A stretch of 64,000 nucleotides of DNA from an uncultured Gammaproteobacteria bacterium (GCA_964489145.1 CAZAXL010000001.1:52910-116909); one strand, 5' to 3'. Shown: positions 27,370-37,383, counted from the first letter of the stretch. The notes: a model not told the origin generated them from the sequence alone. Program-made: numbers and translations.

Positions 27370-29145
27370 TTATTTAACAGTTACGGATTTGGCCAAATTT
27401 CTGGGTTTATCCGGATCAAGTCCTTTCTTTATTGTGAGGTAGTAGGCAAGAAGCTGAGCAACAACAACCTCGGGAATAATACTGGACTCCCCGGCATCGG
27501 AAACATGTATATAATAATCAAAAACCTCGTGAGGTTTATGAGAAATCCCGATAATATAGCCTCCTCTTGCCTTCATTTCCATGGCTCCGGCAAGATTTGA
27601 TCCGTAAGTCTCATCGTTGGGGAGAAAACTGATACACGGAGTACCTTTTTCAATCAAAGCAAGCGGGCCATGCTTAAGTTCGCCCGCGGCAAGGCCTTCG
27701 GCATGAATGTATGAAATTTCCTTAATTTTAAGTGCTGTTTCAAGGCTTGCCGGGTAAGAAAGCCCACGTCCGATTACATAGACATGTTTTTTGTCTACGA
27801 TGAGCGATGTAAGTTCTTTAATTTTTCTTAGAGATTTGGGGGATAATATCTGATTAACCGACTTAACTGCTGCCATCAGTGATTTTTGACCTTCTTTTAC
27901 TCCGCCGTTTAATGAATTGGCCAAAAGCACTAGGTGCGCAACCATGCCGGTAAAAGCCTTTGTTGACGCAACGGCCCTTTCCTGGCCGGCTCCAATCAGC
28001 ATCTTATAATCGGATAGTCTGTAAAGGGATGAACCGGGAACATTTACCAGACTTAGAATTTTCGCACCCTTATCTTTGGCTTTTTTAACCGATTCCAGAA
28101 TATCCATCGTTTCTCCGGACTGTGAAATTGCAATCACCAGACTATCTTTATTTAAGAAATCCAAACTGTAGCCAAACTCGCTGCCTATCGCAAAGTTTAC
28201 GTGCCGTTTTGCCAGTTTGGAAAACAAATAAGATCCCGCAAGACAGGCATATGAAGCCGTCCCGCAGCCTACCAAATAGGTTCCCCGCGCGTCTTTGATC
28301 TTTTTTGCTATTTCTTCAGCCTGAGAAGCTCCGGAAACGGCAATATCCGTAATAATTTGAGGCTGCTCAAAAATTTCTTTAAGCATGTAAAACTCATATT
28401 TTCCCTTTTCACCTTGTTCAATTTTCCAATCCAGCCTTTTTCTTTTAGGAGTAATCTCTTTGACGGTTTTTACATTCAAAATAGTAACCTTGCCGGGGGC
28501 AAGAACGGCCATTTCATTGTCTTCAAGAAAATAAACGTCTCTTGTGTAGGGAAGAAGTGCCGACGCGTCGCTTGCCAAAAAATTTTCATTCTTACCAAAC
28601 CCGATTACCAGAGGGGATCCGTTCCTGGCGGCTACCAGTAAGTTTTCCTTCGCGCTGACGGCTATCACGGCATTAAGCCCATCCATGCGGTTAAATGCCG
28701 CTCTTACCGCCTCAGCAAAGGGTTTGTCTTTGCTAAAATCCTCAAGGAGGTGCGTCAAAGTTTCCGTATCCGTTTCAGAAACAAATTTATGACCTTTCTT
28801 CAATAATCCCTTTTTTATCTCCTCATAATTTTCAAAAATCCCATTATGGATAACGGCAATGGTACCACTACAATCAAGGTGTGGGTGCGCGTTTGCGTCC
28901 GTCACGCCGCCGTGGGTTGCCCAGCGTGTATGGCCGAATGAAAGACTGCCCCCCGGCAAATCGTTGACATTGGCGTTTCCGATTTTACCAACTTTCTTCT
29001 TTATAACTATTGTGTTTTTACTTCCCTCGGGGATCACCCCAACTCCCCAACTGTCGTATCCGCGGTATTCAAGACTTTTCAAACCACTAAAAACCAGTTT
29101 CTGTCCGTCATTTCTATTACCAACATATCCAAATATTCCACACAT
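27370..29145 (-). CDS. glmS: Glutamine--fructose-6-phosphate transaminase
   Basis: MCGIFG, GHTRWATHG, SQSGET, ELKHGP and PRNLAKSVT. Confidence 0.98.
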   Translation of the reverse strand: MCGIFGYVGNRNDGQKLVFSGLKSLEYRGYDSWGVGVIPEGSKNTIVIKKKVGKIGNANVNDLPGGSLSFGHTRWATHGGVTDANAHPHLDCSGTIAVIHNGIFENYEEIKKGLLKKGHKFVSETDTETLTHLLEDFSKDKPFAEAVRAAFNRMDGLNAVIAVSAKENLLVAARNGSPLVIGFGKNENFLASDASALLPYTRDVYFLEDNEMAVLAPGKVTILNVKTVKEITPKRKRLDWKIEQGEKGKYEFYMLKEIFEQPQIITDIAVSGASQAEEIAKKIKDARGTYLVGCGTASYACLAGSYLFSKLAKRHVNFAIGSEFGYSLDFLNKDSLVIAISQSGETMDILESVKKAKDKGAKILSLVNVPGSSLYRLSDYKMLIGAGQERAVASTKAFTGMVAHLVLLANSLNGGVKEGQKSLMAAVKSVNQILSPKSLRKIKELTSLIVDKKHVYVIGRGLSYPASLETALKIKEISYIHAEGLAAGELKHGPLALIEKGTPCISFLPNDETYGSNLAGAMEMKARGGYIIGISHKPHEVFDYYIHVSDAGESSIIPEVVVAQLLAYYLTIKKGLDPDKPRNLAKSVTVK

Positions 29146-29150
29146 ATTTT

Positions 29151-30155
29151 TTAAAGACTATTCAAAATTGCCGCACGAAGTTTATCCGGATCATGACGTA
29201 TCATACTTCTGTTGAGAGCATCCCCTTTTTCTTTCTCCGGAATTTTATCGGAAAGGAGGTCTGTTCTGATTATTTTAACTCCATTACCAAAAATTTTAGT
29301 CTTTAAATCATCCTTTACAGGGAATGTGTTTTCAAGTGCATAAGCTTTAAGGGCGGGCTTTGGAAAATTATTGTTGCTGTTAACCAGGACTTTTTTCACA
29401 AGCCCAAGCGGCATATATTTTTTCAGGTCGGCAAAAAAGTCCGACAACGCATATCCCGGAGTCTCACTGCGTGAATTCATTAGATTGGCGATAAATAGAA
29501 TCTCTCCTTTGGATTTTTTTAAAGCATTTACGACACCGTCAACCACCAGGTTGGCAATTGTATTGGTATAAAAATCTCCCGGCCCGATAATTATGAGGTC
29601 TGCTTCCAAAATTGCTTTTTTTGCCTTGGAATTCAGCTTCACAGCCGGTAAAATCTTCAGATTCTTAATTCTGACTCCTGCACTTCTGGATATATCTATA
29701 TTGTGTTCGCCGACAGCCTCGGAACCGTCTTCATATTTAGCCATTAATCTGGCATTGTCATAGCTAATCGGAATAATATCTCCTTTTACCTGTAAAAGAC
29801 GGCAGGTTTCTTCTATTCCTCTTTTTTGCGAACCCATTATGTCAGCCATTGCAGCCATAAATAGATTCCCAAAAGTCATTCCGTCCAGACCCGCTCCCCC
29901 TTTACTGTAGCGGTATGTGAACAATTTTCTCAAAACGGTTTTATTTTCGGATAGAGCAACTATTGCCTGTCTAATGCCTGATGTCGGAAGCAAACCAAAT
30001 TCGTCGCGGATTATTCGGTTTGAACCTCCGTCATCCACCATCGTCATCAACATCGTAATGTGAACAGGAGCACGGCTTAATCCTGAAGCAACAACATACG
30101 AACCTGTCCCTCCTCCAATAATAACAACGTGGGGAATTTTACTCATTCTTTTCAA
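29151..30155 (-). CDS. yvcK: YvcK/GlmR (UPF0052) family protein
   Basis: IGGGTG, DDGGS, GNL, GPGDFYT and IRHDPDKL. Confidence 0.9.
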   Translation of the reverse strand: MKRMSKIPHVVIIGGGTGSYVVASGLSRAPVHITMLMTMVDDGGSNRIIRDEFGLLPTSGIRQAIVALSENKTVLRKLFTYRYSKGGAGLDGMTFGNLFMAAMADIMGSQKRGIEETCRLLQVKGDIIPISYDNARLMAKYEDGSEAVGEHNIDISRSAGVRIKNLKILPAVKLNSKAKKAILEADLIIIGPGDFYTNTIANLVVDGVVNALKKSKGEILFIANLMNSRSETPGYALSDFFADLKKYMPLGLVKKVLVNSNNNFPKPALKAYALENTFPVKDDLKTKIFGNGVKIIRTDLLSDKIPEKEKGDALNRSMIRHDPDKLRAAILNSL

Positions 30156-31395
30156 AAATCTCCGCTCCTAGCAAACGAAGTCTTTGTCCAATATTTTCAT
30201 AGCCCCTGGCAACAACCTCTATATTTTCTATTTCACTTCTGCCCGAAGCCGCAAGAGCAGCTAAAATTACCGAAATGCCGGCTCTTATGTCTTTACAAAA
30301 AAGCCTGTCACTCATAAGTGGCGTCGGGCCGCTGACTATAACCCTATGGGGGTCAGCAATAAATATTTTCGCACCCATCGAAATAAGATCATCCACAAAA
30401 AACATTCTCCATTCATACATCCAGTCGTGGCAGACAACGGTGCCTTTAGTCTGCGTTGCAAGAACAATGAAAGGGCTCATTAAATCAGTCGGAAAACCGG
30501 GCCATGGTCTTGTCTGAAACTTTCCACGAGTAGAAACCAGTTTGGAAGGCAGTACCGTAAGAGAATTTTCTCCGGATTTATAATTCACACCCATATAGCC
30601 CAAGTAATTTAGCATCATGGGGTACTGCCTGGAATCGAAGTCTTCTATTTCTATTTTTCCGCCGGTTATTGCCGAGGCTATCGCAAAAGTGCCGCCCTCA
30701 ATATGATCCGGGCAGACTCTGTGCTCAACTCCGTGCAGTTTGCCACCTCTGATTTTTAAGACATTAGATCCTATGCCTGAAATGTCCGCGCCCATTTTGG
30801 AAAGCATTTTTGCCAAATCCAGAACATGCGGTTCCGTTGCGGCATCGTCAATCGTTATACCGTCAGGCAGAGAGGATGCCATTATAAGCCCCATTTCTGT
30901 AGCCGTAACGGATGGCTCATCCAAAAAAATGTCAGGGGACACTTTTTTCTTCCAGTTCAAAAAATATCTCCCGTCAGTGCGCTTAATTTCCACTCCCATC
31001 TTTTGCATCATGGCAAAGTGGGTATCAAGAAGTCTTTCCCCGATCTGGTCTCCTCCGGGAGGAGTTACAATTGCCTTCCCAAACCGAACCAAAAGAGGTG
31101 CGGCTAAAACCACGGAAGCCCTGAATTTTGCAGACAAATCAGGATCCGGATCAAAAGAATCTAAACCTTGAGGATCAATTGTTACTTCATGATCGCGTTT
31201 TGTAACCTTAACTCCAAGCTTTGAAACAAGGTCAAGCATTACTGAAACATCGGAAATTTCAGGCACATTAGTTAAGGTCGTGGGGGAATCGGCAAGAAGT
31301 GCGGCGGGAATTAACTTCAAAGCCGAGTTTTTATTACCGGAAAGCTTAATTTTTCCCTCAAGCTTGTTGCCGCCGACTATTATAAATTTCGACAT
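30139..31395 (-). CDS. murA: UDP-GlcNAc 1-carboxyvinyltransferase (Asp-type active-site loop)
   Basis: GNKNSAL, RAS, PGGDQIGER, SVTATE, PGFPTD, DIRAG and RGYE. Confidence 0.96.
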   Translation of the reverse strand: MSKFIIVGGNKLEGKIKLSGNKNSALKLIPAALLADSPTTLTNVPEISDVSVMLDLVSKLGVKVTKRDHEVTIDPQGLDSFDPDPDLSAKFRASVVLAAPLLVRFGKAIVTPPGGDQIGERLLDTHFAMMQKMGVEIKRTDGRYFLNWKKKVSPDIFLDEPSVTATEMGLIMASSLPDGITIDDAATEPHVLDLAKMLSKMGADISGIGSNVLKIRGGKLHGVEHRVCPDHIEGGTFAIASAITGGKIEIEDFDSRQYPMMLNYLGYMGVNYKSGENSLTVLPSKLVSTRGKFQTRPWPGFPTDLMSPFIVLATQTKGTVVCHDWMYEWRMFFVDDLISMGAKIFIADPHRVIVSGPTPLMSDRLFCKDIRAGISVILAALAASGRSEIENIEVVARGYENIGQRLRLLGAEIFEKNE

Positions 31396-31413
31396 AACAA
31401 TAAAAGTATTGTA

Positions 31414-33123
31414 TCACCCCTCAGGCTGAATCCCAAAATATGGGAAAAGATCTTTTGCGATTGCAAACCAAAGGGGAGCCGCGGTTTCCGCGGCCCAGGG
31501 CGAACTCTGTGGGGAGTTGAGCGTGACAAGCATTACAAATTTAGGATTGCCGGCAGGAGCAAAACCGACAAACGAATGAATTGTGTTTGTTGCGTCATAA
31601 TGCCCCGCAACCGGAATTTGGGCCGTACCCGTTTTTCCGGCAACCTTAAAGCCCGGGATTTTAACCCATTTAGCCTCACCGCGCTCAGCCGCTTCAACCA
31701 TCATCTGGGTAATTTCTTTCGCGGCTTGCTGTTTAATTATTCTGGTGGGCGGGTCTGCCTCTATTTTTTCCTCCCAACCGTCTCCGTTTACGGCAGTTAC
31801 AACCCTCGGAGTGACAAGATAGCCGCCATTGGCTATGGCGGATACTGCCCTCACTATTTCAATTCCGGTAACGGCTACTCCCTGACCAAAACTGGCTGTT
31901 GCCAGGTCCACCACATTCCAGGTTCCTTTTTCTCTCAGTTTGGGTGCTACTTCACCCTGTAAATCTATGCCTGTTTTTTGTCCAATTCCGAATTTAACAA
32001 AATAATCATAAAGGGTATCTGTCCCCAGTTTTTGGCCAACGAAAGACATTCCGATGTTATCCGACTCCACTATTACATCTGTCATGGATATATCTGCCGT
32101 ATATTTATCATTCCAGGTTTTAATAAAATACTTATCCAGCTTCAAGGGGCCGCTGCAAATATCACAAGGTGTATCCGGCTCCACCACGCCCGCATCCAGT
32201 CCGGCAGCCATTACCACAACTTTTAAGATCGATCCCGGTTCGAAGGTGTTGCTGATGACGGGGTTTTTAAAAAGAGAGTCATTGTATAAACCATAATCAG
32301 CAGGATCGAACGAAGGAAGGCTTGCCATTGCTAAAATTTTCCCGCTTTTAGGATCCATTATTGTAATACTGCCTCCGGCGGCTCCATATTTTTCAATTCC
32401 TTTTGCAAGCTCGTCTTCGACAACAATCTGGACTCTTTTATCAATACTGGTCAAAAGATCAACACCGGAAACTGCCGAAATCCGGGTAGTGCCGCCAAGG
32501 AGTATTGGCGAACCCTTTGCGTCCTTTTCACCGCCCACAAAACCCGGTTTTCCGCTCAGAGGAAGGTTGTAATACCCCTCCAATCCGAAATAGCCGATAT
32601 CAGCCCCGTCATTATCCTTTCCCACAAATCCCAAAAGCTGTGCCGCAGAGGACGATTCGGGATAAAACGAAGCTTCTGCAGCGTCATACCCGATCCCGTC
32701 AATATCCAAAGCCTCAATGTTTATTTTGACGTTGTCATCTATTTTTTGCTTTAATGAAACCCAATTCGAATTTTTTTCCAAAAGGATTCGGAGTCTTTCT
32801 TTTTCGTTTGTAAGCGCGTCAGTATCCCCTTCTTCATCCATCAAAAGCGGTGCGAGTTTACCTGATACCTCCGGCGCCGAAAGGTTCAAAAGATGAGGGT
32901 TCACCCAAAGATTCCAGGAAGGAGCTCTGGCAACCCAAGGAGTCCCGTCTGAAGCCAGAATATTTCCACGGGGAGCAGTGGTCACTGTCGAGGTGCTATG
33001 CTGATTTCTCGCCTGATCCGCAAGCGATTTGCCCTTAATAACCTGCCAGTAAAAAAGCCTTGCCGTCAGCGCCAGAAAAAGTATTATAAAAAGGACCGAA
33101 AGTAAACGAATTTTTACGGGCAT
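31414..33123 (-). CDS. ftsI: Class B penicillin-binding protein (FtsI-like)
   Basis: TM anchor, PRGNI, EPGSILK (SxxK), SDN and KTGTAQ; canonical position after ftsL. Confidence 0.92.
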   Translation of the reverse strand: MPVKIRLLSVLFIILFLALTARLFYWQVIKGKSLADQARNQHSTSTVTTAPRGNILASDGTPWVARAPSWNLWVNPHLLNLSAPEVSGKLAPLLMDEEGDTDALTNEKERLRILLEKNSNWVSLKQKIDDNVKINIEALDIDGIGYDAAEASFYPESSSAAQLLGFVGKDNDGADIGYFGLEGYYNLPLSGKPGFVGGEKDAKGSPILLGGTTRISAVSGVDLLTSIDKRVQIVVEDELAKGIEKYGAAGGSITIMDPKSGKILAMASLPSFDPADYGLYNDSLFKNPVISNTFEPGSILKVVVMAAGLDAGVVEPDTPCDICSGPLKLDKYFIKTWNDKYTADISMTDVIVESDNIGMSFVGQKLGTDTLYDYFVKFGIGQKTGIDLQGEVAPKLREKGTWNVVDLATASFGQGVAVTGIEIVRAVSAIANGGYLVTPRVVTAVNGDGWEEKIEADPPTRIIKQQAAKEITQMMVEAAERGEAKWVKIPGFKVAGKTGTAQIPVAGHYDATNTIHSFVGFAPAGNPKFVMLVTLNSPQSSPWAAETAAPLWFAIAKDLFPYFGIQPEG

Positions 33124-33125
33124 AT

Positions 33126-33452
33126 CTATGGAAGTTTAGCCATAGCCTCCTGAGATTGAGAAACATATACCATCGTGTTTGGTTTTATATAACCCATCTC
33201 ACCGCTTTTTTCTTCCAAACCGTTTATGGAAAGTGAACGGACAAGAGTGCTTTCCAGATTTCTTTTTTCCATGGAAAGTTCGCCCTGTTTTTGCCTAAGG
33301 CTGGAAACTTCCACCCCTGAGGTTGCTGTTTCAACAGTCATAAAAACGGATGAAATTGCCAAAACTGCCCCTACGGCAAATAAAGTATATTTCTTTATTT
33401 TCCAAGCCGACGTTCCTTTGTCGTGACTGTTAAAATTTTTTCTCATTATCAT
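33126..33452 (-). CDS. ftsL: FtsL-like cell division protein
   Basis: Single TM helix plus coiled coil, located between rsmH and ftsI; call rests on synteny. Confidence 0.65.
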   Translation of the reverse strand: MIMRKNFNSHDKGTSAWKIKKYTLFAVGAVLAISSVFMTVETATSGVEVSSLRQKQGELSMEKRNLESTLVRSLSINGLEEKSGEMGYIKPNTMVYVSQSQEAMAKLP

Positions 33453-33474
33453 AATTTTTATTTTTGTAAAAACA

Positions 33475-34353
33475 CTATTTTTCTAAAACCCGCATCTTTG
33501 CACTCCTTGCTCTTCTATTAATTCCAATCTCATCAGCCTCAGCCATGATGGGTTTAAAAGTTATCTGTTTTGCCCCCACTTTTGTCATTTCTTTAAAAAA
33601 GTTCTTAACCAAAACGTCCTCCTTTGAATGAAAACTTATAACAACCAGCCTTCCACCTTTTTCAATCAAGTCAAACGCCTTAGGTAAAACCTCTTCCAGA
33701 TTGGTCAACTCGCTATTGACCGCAACCCTGACGGCTAAAAACGGTAAAGTTGCCTCATTTAATCCCGGCTTACCGATTTTAAGTCCCTCGGAAATTTCCA
33801 AAAGGTCTCCGACCGTTTCTATGGGTTTATCCATTCTCGAATGCATAACCCGGCCTGAAATCCATTTCGCCGCCCCAGGCTCCATTGTTGCCTCAAAAAG
33901 ATCTCTCAACTGATCTTCTCTTAAAACATTTAAAAGATCGGATCCTTTTACTCCCTGAGTTTCCGGATTCATTCTCATGTCTAAAGGTGCCTCTGAATTA
34001 CCAAATGAAAACCCTCTTTCGAGATCTTTCAAGTGTAAATTTGTTACACCAAGGTCAAAAAGAATTCCGGCAACAGGGTACCAGCCGTTTTCTTTGGCAA
34101 TTCTGTCAATCTCGGTAAAGTTCCCTCCAACTAGCTTGAAATCCTTTTTATTAGCAGTTTTCAGCCTTCCTTCGGCTATTTCAAGCATTTTGGGGTCGAT
34201 CTCTATTCCTAAAACCATTCCTCCCGAATTCAAGATTTCCAAAGTATGCCCCGCATTTCCGAGCGTTGCGTCAATATATTTACTACCTTTTTCAATGTGC
34301 AAGGCCTCTATGGCCTTTTTAACTAATACTGATTCGTGAAATTCATTTTTCAT
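33475..34353 (-). CDS. rsmH: 16S rRNA m4C1402 methyltransferase
   Basis: HESVL, DATLGNAGH, DLGV, RGFSF, PLDMRM, ISFHSKED and ARSAKMR. Start moved to MKNEFH. Confidence 0.96.
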   Translation of the reverse strand: MKNEFHESVLVKKAIEALHIEKGSKYIDATLGNAGHTLEILNSGGMVLGIEIDPKMLEIAEGRLKTANKKDFKLVGGNFTEIDRIAKENGWYPVAGILFDLGVTNLHLKDLERGFSFGNSEAPLDMRMNPETQGVKGSDLLNVLREDQLRDLFEATMEPGAAKWISGRVMHSRMDKPIETVGDLLEISEGLKIGKPGLNEATLPFLAVRVAVNSELTNLEEVLPKAFDLIEKGGRLVVISFHSKEDVLVKNFFKEMTKVGAKQITFKPIMAEADEIGINRRARSAKMRVLEK

Positions 34354-34780
34354 TTCTTTTTGCCAGATCTTCAATATAACTGGCTGCATCTTTGGCCACT
34401 TCTTTTTCCCGCTCTTCCCAAATCTCTTTATTCCAAATTTCTACCCGATCGCCAACTCCCAAAAAGTAAACCTGATCTTTCAGATTTGCATAAGCCACCA
34501 GCCTGTCGGGTACTACTATCCGGCCCTGATCATCGGGAACAACTTCATAAGAAGACGCAAAAATGAAATGTTCGGTCTTTCTTATGGGTTCAATTATTGT
34601 TCTTTGATCCCCCGTGACCCTCCCTAAAAGTGTATTTAAAGAGCTTTTACCAACAAGAACCAGACATTCTTCGTACCACTGCGACAAAATCAATTCTTTT
34701 CCCAGATTTTCCCGAAAGACAGAAGGAATGGAGATTCTCTTCCCCGAAGTCACGCTCACCAAATATGTACCTAAAAACAT
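34343..34780 (-). CDS. mraZ: Transcriptional regulator MraZ
   Basis: MFLGTY, KRISIP, DDQGRIVVP and GVGDRVEIW. Confidence 0.95.
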   Translation of the reverse strand: MFLGTYLVSVTSGKRISIPSVFRENLGKELILSQWYEECLVLVGKSSLNTLLGRVTGDQRTIIEPIRKTEHFIFASSYEVVPDDQGRIVVPDRLVAYANLKDQVYFLGVGDRVEIWNKEIWEEREKEVAKDAASYIEDLAKRNEK

Positions 34781-34819
34781 TTCTTTTCATCTGGGCAGAT
34801 GTGGTTAGAAACAGTAATT

Positions 34820-34871
34820 ACCATTTCTCACCATTAACAACCATTTAATATTATTTTCACGGTGCTGTCAA
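34820..34871 (-). promoter_or_regulatory. Putative MraZ operator and dcw promoter
   Basis: Three AATGGT direct repeats at exact 10-bp spacing (plus-strand ACCATT at 34820, 34830 and 34840), with TTGACA at 34871-34866 upstream. Confidence 0.75.
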
Positions 34872-34926
34872 GACCCGCTTCACGGAAGATCTTTATATGG
34901 TTATTACCGGAATATTTGAATGAAGA

Positions 34927-35592
34927 TTACTGGCCAAGTTCCCCTGTGTGGGCAAGATCATCTGAAGCAAAAACTCCATAGCCGTTCTGCCAAACAACTG
35001 GGGCTACGGAGGGTTCCTTGTATGTTTTCATTGTTACAAAGTAAACATTTTTGGCAATTTTATCCAGGGTATACTTAAAAATCCCGTCAACGGAGGTTAG
35101 TTCCGTGACACCAGATTGGAGATGAAAATCCGTGGTCAGCTTTCCTATCATTTTTCCATTCCCGTCCCTGAAAGTAATAGTCATTGTGCCTTGCTCAACT
35201 CCCGCATCATACCTGAATTTTCCGGATGACTCCGAGCCCAAAAGGAGCATTCTTTCTATACTGGTATCTGTTAGTTTAGCGGTCCCCGGCACGCCCTGTT
35301 GGCCTCCATCGCTGGTGCTATAGACCATCAGGTAGTCCATCGAGGCCGCTCCGGAAACGTTGATTTTTTCAACTTTAAAATTCAGCCAGTGTCCGTCGGA
35401 TCCCGAAACTCCGGGCTTGTTGGTTGGGGTAAGGCTAATGGCCGGCCACTCGGACTCGGAAAGAACGGGGACATTTGAGATGTCATCATTTTCGGAAGTA
35501 TTTGAAGCTTTGTTTTTACCTTTGATAACAAATCCAACTACAAGAACTACTAAAACCAGGGCTCCAACAATTATCGGTAAAGTTTTTTTCAT
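34927..35592 (-). CDS. Membrane-anchored hypothetical protein
   Basis: N-terminal TM helix followed by a beta-rich region; overlaps the glyQS stop (ATGA). Confidence 0.75.
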   Translation of the reverse strand: MKKTLPIIVGALVLVVLVVGFVIKGKNKASNTSENDDISNVPVLSESEWPAISLTPTNKPGVSGSDGHWLNFKVEKINVSGAASMDYLMVYSTSDGGQQGVPGTAKLTDTSIERMLLLGSESSGKFRYDAGVEQGTMTITFRDGNGKMIGKLTTDFHLQSGVTELTSVDGIFKYTLDKIAKNVYFVTMKTYKEPSVAPVVWQNGYGVFASDDLAHTGELGQ

Positions 35593-36890
35593 GCTGCTAA
35601 CTTATTTTGAAAATATTCTGTCAAATTGTCAATGGCAATTCTTTCCTGCTTGGCGCTGTCCCTATCGCGTACGGTCACTGTAGCGTCGTTTAAGGACTCA
35701 AAATCAACCGTTACACACCACGGGGTCCCTATCTCATCCTGTGCGTAATAGCGCTTACCGATGTTTCCCCTATCGTCCCAAACAACGTTAAATTTTTGCT
35801 TAAGATTTTTGTATATTTCTTTGGCTTTAGCCAGAAGTTCGGGCTTATTGGCCAAAAGAGGAAAAACAGCAACTTTGTAGGGAGCAATTTTGGGATTAAG
35901 CTTAAGGTAAATTCTTTCTCCATCCTCACGGTATGCGTCAATAAGGAAGAAAAGCATTGCCCGGTCCACCCCGCCCGAAGTTTCGATTACCCAAGGCGTG
36001 TACTCTTCTCCGGTCAGGTTGTCTCTATAGGAAAGATTGTGATTGCCTAAATCAAAGTCCCCCCTGTGATGGATTCCTTCAAATTCACTCCAGCCGAAAG
36101 GTGCTTCATATTCCAAATCGGTGGCATATTTGGCATAGTGAGCTCTCTTCTCGGGTTCGTGATCGTGGAATCTTAATTTTTTAGGATCAATTCCCAAATC
36201 CTCATACCACCTTTTTCTCTTTTCTTTCCAGTATTCAAAGATTTTTTTACTGTCCTCCTCATCCGGCTTTACAAAATATTCAAGCTCCATCTGCTCAAAC
36301 TCGCGGGAGCGGAAAGTTAAATTACCCGGAGTAATTTCATTTCTGAAGGCCTTCCCTATTTGAGCGATTCCAAAAGGAATCCTGACTCGGGTAGAGTCAA
36401 TTACATTCTTGAAATCAACAAAGGCTCCTTGTGTAATCTCTCCCCTGAGATATGATTTTTCTTTAGGCTCCGTGGTTCCGAGAAGGACTTCGGTCATTAA
36501 GTTAAAGGTTTTTGGCTCCGTCCAAATATCTTTTTTATCTTTGTGTGTTTTTTCGTGGTCGGCAACGGCTTCCTCATTGTCCGCCCTGACTCTCTTATGG
36601 CAAACCTTACATTCGACAAGGGGGTCGGTAAAAGCTTTAAGGTGTCCGGATTTTTCCCAGACTGTGGGGTTCATAATGATAGCCGCATCAATTCCGACCA
36701 CATCTTCCCTGTCATAAACCATATATTTCCACCATTCTTTCTTGATGTTATTTTTCATCTCAACCCCGGCTGGTCCATAATCCCAAAATCCCTGGTATCC
36801 ACCGTAAATTTCACTACCCTGAAAGATAAAGCCGCGGCGTTTTGCCAAAGAAGTAATCTTTTCCATCACCGACGAAGCCTTCGCATCCAT
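35589..36890 (-). CDS. glyQS: Glycyl-tRNA synthetase (alpha2 type)
   Basis: KRRGF, EIYGG, GKAFRNEITP, REFEQME, AHYA and IGKRY..QDEIGTP. Confidence 0.97.
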   Translation of the reverse strand: MDAKASSVMEKITSLAKRRGFIFQGSEIYGGYQGFWDYGPAGVEMKNNIKKEWWKYMVYDREDVVGIDAAIIMNPTVWEKSGHLKAFTDPLVECKVCHKRVRADNEEAVADHEKTHKDKKDIWTEPKTFNLMTEVLLGTTEPKEKSYLRGEITQGAFVDFKNVIDSTRVRIPFGIAQIGKAFRNEITPGNLTFRSREFEQMELEYFVKPDEEDSKKIFEYWKEKRKRWYEDLGIDPKKLRFHDHEPEKRAHYAKYATDLEYEAPFGWSEFEGIHHRGDFDLGNHNLSYRDNLTGEEYTPWVIETSGGVDRAMLFFLIDAYREDGERIYLKLNPKIAPYKVAVFPLLANKPELLAKAKEIYKNLKQKFNVVWDDRGNIGKRYYAQDEIGTPWCVTVDFESLNDATVTVRDRDSAKQERIAIDNLTEYFQNKLAA

Positions 36891-36909
36891 ATAACAAGAA
36901 TTATATTAT

Positions 36910-37383
36910 CTAACGGTTCAAAAACCAAACGGAGAAATTTAATACGGAAGCAAAACTTACCCAAGCAATATATGGATAAAGCAGGTAACTGGCGGTTTTA
37001 TTTACTTTCGCGAAAGCCAATATTGTTTTTAGTATAAAAATCCACATAAAAATAATTACCATCAAAGCCAGAAAAAGATTTTTTGCTCCAAAAAATATAG
37101 GCGACCAGGAAGCATTTAATACCAACTGAATTCCGAAAAGTTTTATGGCCTCCCGTACTTTTTTATCCTTCGTCCCTTTTCGCCAAACAAGAAAAAGCGC
37201 AATTCCCATTAATAAATAAAGGATTGTCCAGGCAGGACCAAAAAGCCAGTTGGGTGGACTGAAAAATGGTTTATTAAGACCCGCGTACCAAGTCGGAATT
37301 GCAGGAATAGTAAATATAGTTCCAAGTCCGGCAGCCAGAAAACACACCAGGATAGAAGCGAATAACTTGAGCAGTTTACTCAT
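36910..37383 (-). CDS. tspO: TspO/MBR family protein
   Basis: WYAGLNKPFFSPPNWLFGPAWTILY, LNASWSPIFF and PYIAWVSFA. Confidence 0.95.
   Translation of the reverse strand: MSKLLKLFASILVCFLAAGLGTIFTIPAIPTWYAGLNKPFFSPPNWLFGPAWTILYLLMGIALFLVWRKGTKDKKVREAIKLFGIQLVLNASWSPIFFGAKNLFLALMVIIFMWIFILKTILAFAKVNKTASYLLYPYIAWVSFASVLNFSVWFLNR

Noticed and set aside
29146-29150. glmS ribozyme
   Set aside because: Only 5 nt separate yvcK from glmS.
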